Position numbers and translations under genes: made by a program. Under the pieces are notes generated by a model, which ran no database searches, was not told where the DNA came from, and worked only from the letters and a program-made list of their open reading frames with translations. Below, piece by piece: positions 10,701 through 29,542 of a stretch of 64,000 nt of DNA; the stretch's first letter is position 1; every line of letters starts with the position of its first letter. Source of the stretch: Plasmodiophora brassicae (Eukaryota); the NCBI GenBank assembly GCA_036867785.1, contig CP145424.1:496001-560000 (forward strand). Direction: 5' to 3'.

Positions 10701-12621
10701 GGCCGCGGAATGAAGGGGTGTGAGGCCTTCCACGTCGGCAGATAAATAGACAGGCTCGGCTTGGCCCTCTTCCCACTGCACCGCTGGTCTATCAGTGAGA
10801 CACCACGAGGAATTGCACGGTGCAACCTGGTTAGGGATGGCGGCAATAATCATTTTCAGGATCTCGTCGTAACCCTTTCGAGCGGCTTCATGCAATGGTG
10901 ACCGACCTGTAACATCGTACGTAGCAATGCGGGATCCAGCGTGAAGCAGAGCTCTAACACAGTCCAGATGACCGAACCTGGTTGACGGTGAACAAAAGAA
11001 GGGACTTGTATGGGACGTAATGCTCTACCTGCAGGCAAGGTGCAGCGGGATCTGCCCGAACCAGTTAAAGCTATCGATACGAGCCTTGCCGGCGATGAGT
11101 AATTCAAGGACGTCAAGGCTGCCATGCATCGCGGCCAGCGCCAGCGCGGTGTTCCTAAGTAAACCACGTTAAGCTTCATCAAGATCGCCGTCAGAGCGCT
11201 TCAAGAACCCATTCATATCTCGACACCCGGTTTTCGCGTTGGCGTCCAGCAACTCCTTACAAGTGTCGACGTCGTTCAGGATGGCGCCATAGTGTAGCGG
11301 ACAGTGCAACTCGACGTCTTTCGCATTCAGGTTCGCCTGGCAAGAGAATGAGATCTGTCCATGACAGGGCACGGCAATCGACAACCCCGGCGTTGATGAG
11401 TTCTGTAACACAGTTAGCGGATTTCCCGATGCAAGCAACGTGCAACGGCGTCCGATCCAGTCGTGATGGAAGCGATACAGACGCTCCGACTGTTAGCAGT
11501 TCCTTCGTGATGACATCGAACCCGTACTGGCCTAAGCATCCCGCTGTCAGACAGCGTGTACCCAATGTTCAAACGGACAGGTGCGTACACGCTACGCTGA
11601 GGAACGTTTCACCATCCGGATTCACAACGTTGAGATCCTTAATGTGAGGAACCAGCTCTTTAACGGCCTCAATGTTGTTCTTTTGAATCGCATGGAACAT
11701 CATGGTCGCAATGTCCACCGTGGACCCGATACTACGAAGAGGCCCCTGCACGTCCGATTGCGCTGCGATCTGGTATCCAGTCCCGTGTCAAAGGACGATC
11801 GTTGCTAGGCGGCAAACCATCCAACCGATTGCAAGAGCCCTTGCATGACTGGCGACTGGGGCATCTCCGAATGATCCAACTGGTCTCGCGATTCATTGCA
11901 CCATTGCAGCAGGTTGTCGACGACAGATAGGTCGCTAACCGTCGTGACAATGCTGCTCAGTACGCTGCTAACGTTGCCACCTATAAGACGCCCGGTGAAC
12001 CGTTGAAACCAGCGACCTTCACAGGACCGACCTGGGCACTGTTTGTCGAACTTCTTGGCGATCTTCACGAACCCGACCTGGTTGATCTCGGCGAATTGCT
12101 TCAGGTCGAGGAGTTCCTGCTCGCAGATGCGAAGCGCCTGATCCAGCGATATCTCGGCGGCCGCCAGCGCCGACGCCGGTAGGCCAGGGAGCTCCCCGAA
12201 CCTGTTCGTGATGACCGTACGTCGTGTCTCCATTTGCTGCAACTTGTGCACGTAGAACCAATCGACTTTGAACGAAGAATCGTTATAACGGTTGCGATCA
12301 GGTCCTTCTGGGCCGTTGAATACCTTTCTTGATTTCGCTCTTCAGGCGGTCGATAAACATTTTAACCTGATGTCGCTCGGTTGGGCGTGGGAAGACGCGG
12401 GGTATCACGACAGGACGAACGGACCTGCTTGGGCGTTGCCGACGAGGACGACGACGCGGCGTCGATCTGCTCGCGTATCGTCTTGATCATGGACTTCATC
12501 TGCGCGTACGCGATGTACCGGTTCGTCCATTTCGGCAGCCGCCGGTCCCGAAGCTGGTGCCCGAACTTCCTGGGCACACGCGTTAGGCAGGCACAGGGCC
12601 GGGCGACGCCAGCGCTGACAT
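7748..12621 (-). CDS. GDE1: SPX-ankyrin-glycerophosphodiester phosphodiesterase (Gde1-like), multi-exon
   Basis: SPX motifs [16 protein letters not shown] and [15 protein letters not shown]; ankyrin repeats (TPLHVAC, TPLHSAA); GDPD motifs [41 protein letters not shown]. Confidence 0.93.
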
Positions 12622-13128
12622 GTTTCACGACGCGTCGCCCGCCCACGACTGCGTGCGGGGGGCGATTCCGATTCGGAGGTGGGAGCGGAGCGGGCTGGCC
12701 CCGCCCAATCCCACCACAACAATAACGCAAAGACGGTCACGCACAGACCCGAATCCCAATCAGACATACATACGACGCGCACTTCCCATACCAGGTTGCC
12801 TGTCGACGGCCGATAAATACGACGCAGCTTCCAGAAAGGCAAGCCGCTCCACCTGGAGGAACGATCGACAAGAACATCATACATCAACAGGAACTTTCTC
12901 TGTTGAGTGGCCGACAATGGCCTGCTGATGTGACGTTTGTTGTTGTTGACGTTGTTGCGTGCCCGTGTGAACAACTGGTCACTGCACCACACTGTCCGAC
13001 TCGGTGACACCCGGTAGCCGGCACGGGCAGCCATCCACTATTTCTGTTGCGGTTTACAGTCGGCGTACGCTGCGGACAGCGGGGCAGCGAGGTGCACACC
13101 TTCTCAGTGGGGGTCGTCGTCGAACAGC

Positions 13129-14385
13129 ATGGGCTTTCGGCATACGCTTGTCACAGTTATCGTCATCGTCGGGCACCTGGCGTCAGGACGCCCCGAAAGC
13201 GATGCCAATGGTGATCGGTTTCGCTCCTACCAACGACAGTTTCTTCGCGGGTTCGCCGACGTCGAGCGCCTCCAGGTCGACCCAATCATCGACGACGCGC
13301 TGACACACCTTCATCGCAACTGGTTGCACCATCGCCCACCACCGCGTGTCTTTCGAATATCGTTCGGCATACCTGTGTCGTTCATTCAACGGTCTCGCGT
13401 ACGGTTCAACCCGACGCGGGACCGCCCGATCGGGGTTGGCTCCTTCGGGACCGTATACAAAGCGTCACTCGATGGCGTCGTCCCGGTCGCCGTCAAGTTC
13501 TTCAACAACCACACCGCGATGGCTGACTCGATTCATGAGTTTCGGAACGAACTTCGTGGGTCGTACCTCACCGTTGGCCTGCCAAACGTGGCGCCATTCG
13601 TTGGGTTCATCGTGGACCGAACGCTCGGTCCTGGCATTGTGACGCGTTTCGGCGAAGGTGGCACAGTTTCCCAATTTCTCGAACGAAATAAGTTCATTCC
13701 CGCCCATATCCGACTGCGTCTTGCTGCTGAACTCTGCACTGGCGTTGCTGGCATGCACGCGCGGAACGTCGTTCATGGAGACATAAACGTAAGGTGCGCG
13801 TACCTTGTCCTGTGACGAAGTCGAGTTAACCGCATCTGTCCAGCCTAAGAATGTTGTGATCGGATTCCCTAATGGTGTCGTCGGCAAGTTCGAGGTCTGG
13901 ATCATCGACCTGTCGTCAGCTCGTGCTCTTAGTGCTCAGTATATCCCGAATATGATGACGTAACGGCAATCTGGGAATATGATACGAGCTCGATCTAAGG
14001 AAATGTGTCCAGATGCACGATATCGTACGCAAGCCCTGAACAAGTTCGCGCTGGGGTGACCGGTGATTTCCGATGGGGTGCCCCATCCGATGTCTGGTCG
14101 CTTGCCATGGTCGCTCTGTACTGCATCAATGGTGTAGCTTGGGAGCCAGAGGTTCTCAAGCGCCCTCAGATTGGCAATGACATATTCAAGGCGTGCCAGC
14201 TGTATCTGAAAGAACTGGACGACGGGCGAATCTGGCCGGCGCTTCCACCGAACCTCGTCTCGAAATCAACGGCCGATGTCATTCACGCTTGCTTCACGAT
14301 GGACCCGGAAAGGAGACCATCAAGCGCCGCTCTAGCAGCAGCGCTAGAGCAAGAAGCATACCGTCTCGAATTGCTTAGCACGTAA
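13129..14385 (+). CDS. signal-peptide protein with TKL-like kinase domain, no TM helix
   Basis: MGFRHTLVTVIVIVGHLASG; IGVGSFGTVY, VAVK, HGDIN|PKN (intron 13789-13843), IIDLS, YASPE, SDVWSL, DPERRPS. Confidence 0.85.
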
Positions 14386-14554
14386 GCATGATTGCTACGA
14401 GCACTCGTTCAATCTATCTGTTAACCCATATCTGAGACCTACAACTCGATGTCTGCAACAGAAGTCAGAGGATCATAATAATTACATCTCTATGTGGATA
14501 TTTAAGTCGGTGCAAGTTCTAAAATTGAATAACAGCTACATAGATGCGCGCCTT

Positions 14555-21881
<7,327 letters not shown>

Positions 21882-22071
21882 GGAGGCGGTGGTATTCGAC
21901 CCGACACTTGGCCACGGTGTATTGTTCCGTGGCCCAAAGTGAATCTATGTGAACCGCAACATGGAGGAGAATACCACCCCCAAAACTTGACCAATTGGGT
22001 AGCAGATTCTGGACGTGGCCCATTTTTCCAGTAATACTCCTGTAATGGCTGTAATCGTGACATCCCGAAAT

Positions 22072-23796
22072 GGGTAAACGGTCAGTTTGCAGCCTAAGGG
22101 GGTTCGTGGCCGGTGATCGGTGTTGACGCCCTCAGTCCCGCCCTCGGCGCTGCGGATAATTACTTGGAGCGCACATGGGAGCCTTATGTATGTATGACAG
22201 AGGCTCCACTCAGTCGGCTCGGAGACTCCGGCCGCAGCTTCACCGAGCCGCGGATTTTAGAATTGTCACGCGCGTCGCGAGTCACGAGAGTCGGTGCGGC
22301 GGTGAGGAGAATCAGATGGCGGAGAACTTCGGCGATGATTATGCCGAGAGCAGGTCTGCACACGACGTCGTCGGGGCGTCGTATCGAAACCGAGAAGGTC
22401 AGATACGACAGATGACTCTCGCAAAGGAATAGTCGCTCAATGCCATTCCCAGCTGATCATGAGATCAATTCATCGAGAAAGGCGAAGGCCTATCTGCCAA
22501 TCGCAAGGACTTCGAAAGACATACAGCGTTTCCTTCGCAGTGAGAGGCTGAAGTACGTCCAAGAGAGATGGAACTGACCCCTTCTCCGTATACGGTGTGT
22601 GCTGGAGTGTCTGTCGACATGTTCAATAAGTTCGCTGAGACCCGGTCGGAGTCACTGCCTCTTGAGGTACGATTCCTCGAACTGTTTGCTGAGCGTCTGG
22701 TAATCGTCGAGTTGCCGTCCCCGACGCACGAGTCTACTGTTGTCGAATTCAATCAGGCGTTTCTCAAGGCTTGCGGGGACGACGAACAGCTTGGAAAGCG
22801 CGGGTCGTCAACAGTGCAAAGGGATGACCAGCCGAACAGACAGTCTGACGCGTCTTACGGGCCTAAGAGAAACACGATCAATCGAATTCCAGTTCCAGAT
22901 GGTCGGGAACTAGAGAACTGGATCACACTAGCTGTAGAGGTTGGGCAAACCCAGGACTGGGCTAGCTTGCGGCGAGCTGCTGAGTGGTGGGCAAACTACA
23001 ACGGCGTTCAGTACGTTCTTCTCATCCAAGATCAGCATAAGGGCGAGGTCGATGCATTACGAGCTTTACCGTATTCTTGGTCCCGGTCGTCTACCCGACG
23101 CTCCAGCTTCCAAATGTCAATTCCGGTACTCACGTGCCGGCGACCCTGTCAATGTATCGTTTGATGCGCGTGCCATACTCGCAATCCCAGACGGTGCCGC
23201 ATTGCCGCTGAACATGAACGACCTGATCGTCGTTGACATGCGCAGGGTGATGAACGCTGTTATTGACACGATCGGGTGAGATCATCGTTACTTCACGTAT
23301 CGTTGGCCAGTAAGTTTCCCAACACGAGCCCTTGTAAGCTTGCATATCTGATATTCGTGCAATTTGATTTAACTCCCATGAGCAGCAGGTTCACGATCCG
23401 CGTGCGCGTCCATGTTCTAGCGCGCTCAACTCTGTTATATACTGAGACCCTGAAGCGGCACCGTATTATGTATTGTACTCAAAGTCATCGTTCCCCGAAA
23501 TTCAACTGCATCATGCGAATGACTTGGACGTCTTCAGCGTCGGCATCCTGCAACACGTGCCTCATGAACGTCGACATGAGTCATGACGCGCGCGACGAGG
23601 ATCGTCCCCGGCCCATCAGCAGCCCGAGCGTCGCGCGGCGACTCGTGGTGAGCCGGTGGAGCGGACGCCCGTCCGGTACCATCGGCAGACGGGTAATACC
23701 TTCCTGAATTTCGGGTCCTCATGTGCCTGCAGGGGTTCTTCGGTCGGTCGGCCTTACTAACAGTCCGGTGTCGAAAACGCAGCTGACCGTTTACCC
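22072..23796. repeat. 14-bp perfect inverted repeat GGGTAAACGGTCAG (22072-22085 / 23783-23796) bracketing the nuclease
   Basis: Exact reverse-complement match; no target-site duplication recognised. Confidence 0.6.
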
Positions 23797-24070
23797 GTTA
23801 TAAGTTTGTCGTTCAACGGGTGCTGCGGCCGGTGAGGTGACCCTGCAACGGCTACGAAGTACCGCATGCGACACCGGCAACGTCTTTGGCCCAGAGATCG
23901 AGCGATGGTCGACCACGCGAATTCTAACAATGCTTCGGGGGTTTCTGTAAGATGGTGTGATTATTCATAGAGAACGTCTTGAACGGCCATTCTTCAGCAT
24001 GGCGCAAGATATCAGCTGACAGTCAGGCTCGGCGTCGGATCCGTATGACAGATTCTCCACTCAGTCGGCT
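22192..24070. repeat. 28-bp direct repeat GTATGACAGA(GG/TT)CTCCACTCAGTCGGCT at 22192-22219 and 24043-24070
   Basis: 26/28 identical by eye. Confidence 0.75.
22568..23279 (+). pseudogene. Uma2-like PD-(D/E)xK nuclease (Crinkler-type REase), +1 frameshift at ~23026
   Basis: IVELPSPTHE..QSDASYGP..WITLAVEVGQTQDWASLRRAAEWW..VQYVLLI; an extra C in ctcatcCaagatc shifts the reading into KISIRARSMHYELY..IVVDMRRV*. Confidence 0.7.
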
Positions 24071-24429
24071 AGCGAAGCAGCCCCGGTCTATTTCTGTCAA
24101 AGCTTGCGACTGTAGGTTCGGCTGTGTCCAGTCAGGAGACGATGCTCGGCGACTTTGTCCGCAAATAGAACGAGTGGTGGCCGGAGTCACTGGAGTGTGG
24201 GCGCCGACTGTGGGGATGGACCGTAGCCGTTCAGCTGGAAAGTCCGTGCTCAGGGCGACGTGACTACCCACCACTGAGCGTGTCATTTGGGAATTTGGTC
24301 GGCCCCGCGACGAACGATCGAGTTGGACCGGGTCGCTCCACTGTGTGACGACGCATCAGCTGTAAATATCGAGAGAAGATCGATCCGTACGTGATTTAAC
24401 GGAATCCGGGCCTCCGGGTGCTTGTCGCT

Positions 24430-26392
24430 ATGGCGAACGAGGAAGTCGTAAGGCAGCCTAGCGGCAGCGGCGACATCCGCATCGGGGTCGTCGGCAACGT
24501 CGATGCCGGTAAGGCGATCGTTTGTTTCTGCATCCGATGCACTCTAAGCGTGCGCTGCTGGGTGTAGGCAAGTCGACGTTGATAGGCGTGCTGACCTCGG
24601 GCAGTTTGGATGATGGAAGAGGTACGAATATCCGATATGGTGTTCGGGGCAAGTGTGAACGCGTCCGTCTCGTATAGGACTTGCTCGATCAACCATCTTC
24701 AGGCACAAGCACGAAGCGGAATCTGGGCGGACGTCATCGATCTCGCATCATGTCCTGGGATTCGATGCACAGCACGAACCCGTGTACTGCCAAGGCGTTG
24801 GCCGCAATCGTTCGTGGAAGCCCATTGCCGAGAAGAGCGAATCAGTGATCGTGTTTATCGACCTTGCTGGGCACGAGCGGTACTTGAAGACAACGATCGG
24901 GGGCCTGTCGGGATCGTACCCGGATTATGTCTGCGTCCTTGTCGGTGCCAACATGGGAGTGTCGAAGATGACCAAGGAGCATATCGGCGTCGCCATTGCG
25001 TTACAGATCCCGTTGTTCGTGGTCGTCACTAAGGTTTGCCTTTCCCGCGTGTCCGATATGCAGGTCCTGACCCCGTATCAGATCGACATCTGCCCGGCCA
25101 ACGTGCTAAAGTCGACCGTCAACCATCTGCTTCGTTTGATCAAGTCTCCCCAGAGCGGGAAGCTCCCTGTCATCATTCGCAACAACCAGGATATCGAGAC
25201 CTCGCTCGGCCTAAACTCGACCACGGGGGAGGACAATGGAGATCAGGCTTCAGGGCTGCTGAACACAAGAGTTTGATGATGCGGTTTCAGTGTACTCTCC
25301 TTGAATGACGTGTCCGGGTTCGTAGGTATGCCCAATTTTCGCGGTTTCCTGCGTGTCGGGTCTTCGCATCGATATGTTGAAGTCGTTCTTGGGCAGGTTA
25401 CGCCCGCACAGGTACGGTTCTAAATTGAGTTTAGCTTGACAGTTCATCTGACGCGCTGCAGGACCTGGGTTGATCGGCAGATTCAGCCTGCCCACATGCA
25501 GATCGATGACGTAAGTGTCAACATCTTCGTAGGTACGCTAAGGCAACTGATGGGGGTTTCACGTAGGCTTTCCTGGTAACCGGAGTCGGTATCGTCGTTT
25601 CGGGAACCGTTAAGGCTGGCGTGGTCAACGCGAATGATCATATGCTCCTTGGTCCTTTCGTCGACGGGTCGTTCCTTCCTGTCCAGGTTTGTCGTATTCG
25701 GAATCTCGCTGAGCGCCTTCGAGCTGAATTGGAACATTAGATCCGTTCGCTTCAGTGCAGAAAGTCGCCAATGGAGTCTGCTTCGGCTGGAACCGCCTGT
25801 GCCGCATCGCTGAGGTCGTTGGTGCGCAAGTCCCCACTTAAGCTCATTCGGTAACCGCCTACGCCTGGTGAACTGTCGGAGCTAATGTTGCAATTCCAGG
25901 CCATTCCTGAGACGCGGTATGGTTCTGGTGTCACGTTCTGTGCAGCCCCAGGCCTGTCGTCAGTTTGAGGCTGAGATTCTCGTATTGCATCACCCGACGA
26001 CTATCCGCTTAAACTATCAGGTCAGTCCAACAACGGCCAATGTCGTGCAATCTGGGTACTGATTGAAGACAGGCGGTTGTTCACTGTGGGGCGGTTCGTC
26101 AGGCCGCTGCCATCGAATCTATCGAATCGGTTCACAGCGGCACATCGAGAATCATCACGACTACAAGCGGATCCACAATAACTGAGAAGTCGCTGCGAAC
26201 TGGAGACAAGGCCACCGTCAGGTATGAAACGCTCTCCCATTCTAGTACATCGTGAGGCAGAGCTCCAACACTGGGATTTGCAGATTCCGTTTCCTGTGCC
26301 GACCGGAGTACATCTCATGCGACGAGACTATCATCTTCCGCGAGGGCGGCTGCAAGGGCATCGGTACGATCACGCGAATAATTGCACAGTGA
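24430..26392 (+). CDS. GTPBP1: translational GTPase GTPBP1/GTPBP2 family, multi-exon
   Basis: IRIGVVGNVDAG|KSTLIGVLTSGSLDDGRG, FRHKHE.ESGRTSSIS, FIDLAGHERYLKTT, GANMGVSKMTKEH, VVTK|ID. Confidence 0.93.
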
Positions 26393-26645
26393 ACAAGCGA
26401 CCCGCATGCCAACACAAACTCGATTTCGTTATCCTATTCCTGCCGTGCCATCACGTCGATATATCGCGTGTTTACAAACCACGCGTCAGATAAACCGCAG
26501 TAAACATGTGCGATCGCCTATTCCCGAGTGCGTTCCTCCGCACGGACTTCAGGGCACCCTCACGGTGTCCGTGGCGGACCAAACTTCTGATTGTGTCGCA
26601 GTCCGTTGGTGAAGTACAGGTCCCCCAACACTTCACCTCAGCAAG

Positions 26646-28456
26646 ATGGGTCGCATGAAGAAAGCGGGAGAATCCGGCATCGCTGCCCAATACCTTACCC
26701 GAGGACAGGCGCTTCGGAAGCTGCAGGTCTCGCTTCCAGATTTTCGCCGGCTGTGCATCCTGAAAGGGATTTATCCGCGCGACCCGAAGAAGAAGGCCAA
26801 TGGTCGGGATAAGACTTACTACCACAAGAAGGATATCCTGTTCCTGCAGCATGAGCCACTCCTGAAGAAGTTCCGTGATATGAAAGTCTTCCTGCGCCAT
26901 CGCCAACGTAACCGGTACTTCGCGCATGAAGGTGTCCGGTTCTTACCTTGTCTGGGTAGGTCTCCTGGCTCGTCACGAAGAGTCGCGTGCTGCGCAGCTC
27001 GAGCGTAATCGTCCTGTTATGAACCTGGACCACCTCATTAAAGAGAGGTTTCCGACTTTTGTGGACGCTCTTCGTGATGTTGATGATGCACTTACGTTGG
27101 TTCATCTCTTCGCGCGACTTCCTTCGAGGCTGACATCGTTTCATTCGCCTAATGGTTTGCGATCTGCTCTTGCCGGCTGCCTTCATCTGTCTGACACTCC
27201 CATAGTGTCGGAGCTCTGCCTTGATCTGTGCCGGCAGTTCCAGAGCTATGTCGCTCGTGAGCACTGCTTGACCAAGGTCTTCGTCTCCATCAAGGGTGTC
27301 TACTTCCAGGCGGTCATCAACGGCGAGACCGTTACCTGGATCGTTCCTCACAAGTTCGCCCAGCAGTGCCCTGATGATGTCGATTACAAAGTCATGTATG
27401 GTTTGACTGCCATACCGGGTTCGTCGCACAGCAAACTGAACACACTGTGAAGGTTCACGTTCCTGGAGTTCTACATGACATTGATCCGATTTGTTAACTT
27501 CAAGCTGTACCATGACGTTGGACTCGTCTACCCTCCTGCTATCAACAAGGAGAGCAACGAAAAAGGTTGCTTCCGTTGATCGTCATCAGGATTAGACTTT
27601 TCTTACAGGCTCGTGTACAGGTCAGCTCCTATCCGCTGTGATCCTGAACAAGGTTGCTTCGTCGGAGGCTGACGAGATCGATCCCGAGTTCCGTGTCAAC
27701 GAAGCGGACGCTGAACCGGTATCTCTGCCCTTCCGCGACACAGTTGTGCTACTGTCCCGCGAGGTGCCTAGCGACGTTCTCGAATTCGTCCTGACGGCCG
27801 GCGGCGCGCGTGTCATCCACGAAGAAGACTACGATGCGTCGGTGGATGGCGATGCTGTCACACACCAAATCGTTGACCGCCCTGCTATTGTCGGGGAACC
27901 TCACCCCAACCGCGACTACGTCCAGCCGCAATGGGTACACGTCTGCGGACGTTGTCGGGACCGTCTCTCACTGCATCACAGGTTTTCGACAGTTTTAACA
28001 TTAAGACCATGTTGCCTGTTCACCCGTATGCCGTCGGAAAGCCTCTTCCCCCGCACCTGTCTCCGTTCGTTGACGATGACGCTGAAGGATACGTCCCGGC
28101 GCAACGCCGCATTCTGGACGAATGGGCGAACAAGACCGGTTCCGCTGCAAGAGGTACCGTACCATTGCATCGCGAATCTATCTGCGCTAAACGTGATGCC
28201 AGTGCACGACGGAGAGGAAGGAGACGAAAGCGAGGACGAGGACGGTGCCGACGAAGCTGCCCAGCCTGCGAAGACCACTGCTGCCGAAGACGACGACAAA
28301 GAATTGGCCAAGATCATGATGACCAAGAAGAACAAGCGGCTGTACTCGCGCATGCAACATGGCATTGCCGAGAAGCGGAAGGCGAACGAGGCCCTGGAGG
28401 ACAAGCGCCGAAAGGCGCGCAAGACGTCGAAGAAGTCCTCACCCGAATCGAATTAA
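26646..28456 (+). CDS. PES1: pescadillo / Nop7, multi-exon
   Basis: [55 protein letters not shown]-like [31 protein letters not shown]. Confidence 0.97.
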
Positions 28457-28487
28457 GACACAGCGGATCGCCATGCTCAAACTTGCT

Positions 28488-29308
28488 TTACTCGGGGGAT
28501 CTGACATGACGGCGCCCGTTGGGGAGCGTCATCCGTTCGTCTGGCGTAGGACACACTGGCGGAACTGCTGGATCGGCATCATGGTCGGCAGGTCGGGCTG
28601 GCGGCGCGGGATCCACCCGCGGTCGCGCAGCTCGAGCAGGTCGAGGATCAGGAAGCGCAGCCGGTTCGGGAACCGCGACGTGCACGACCGCGCCAGCTGG
28701 TCGAACGCGGGCGCGAACAGCTTGGCGTGCGACGCCTGCATGACGAGCAGGACGCGGTAGACGGCCTATGCCGGCACAGACGAGTATTACTAGGGGCCGC
28801 CCTCATATAGTGCGCCCCCGCCGACCTCAACCGCCACCGGGCTGTCCTGGCCGAACGCCGAGTCGATGAACGACCGCAGCATGTCCGGCGCGATGGCCTC
28901 GTTGCGCCCCAGGTGCGACACGAGGTCGACCATGCCCAGGAACTGGTCCTTGTTGTCGTCGGCGCTCTCCAACCCGATGCGCAATTCGTAGCCGATGCGG
29001 GCCGCCACCTGAACGGGACCGGCGCGTCAGCGCCGGTGGACCTCACGTGGGGCGACACAACGGTGGTGACGCACGGCGTCGCGGAACGCGGGGACGTCGT
29101 CGGTCAGGCCCTTGATGAAGTCGGCGAACAGCTTCACGAACGGGCCGCGGGCGCTGACGGCGTGGTGCCCGACCAGGTCGATCAGCGGGTCGTAGTCGCC
29201 GTCGGCCTGGTCGAGCAGGGCGCGGAACGCCGCCGTGTGCAACGCGAACGTGTCGCAGGCCAGCTTGTTGAGCAGGGAGCGCGCGTGGCGTAGGGCGTCG
29301 TCGGCCAT
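28488..29308 (-). CDS. MIF4G-domain protein
   Basis: RSLLNKLACDTF N-terminus; C-terminal PNRLRFLILDLLELRDRGWIPRR is a typical MIF4G last helix; short introns. Confidence 0.8.
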
Positions 29309-29542
29309 GGCGCCGCGCCGCCGGCGCTCTAAACTATATCGCTAGGTCGCGGCCCTAAGCGCACCGCTCTAAGATGTGCCACCTACGTTTGATCGATGAC
29401 GACTATGACGGTACCTCCGGGGATCGAGCAGGCAGCAGTGGTCCGGTCCCACCCAGCCCCAAGGGAGGTCCCGCTCGGCTCACGATCGGCCCACAATGAA
29501 CCCGACCAATTGCGTATGGGTCCCCTAAAACGGGGCGGCCGT

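Noticed and set aside
26695-27513. 272-aa minus-strand ORF
   Set aside because: Antisense to pescadillo exons
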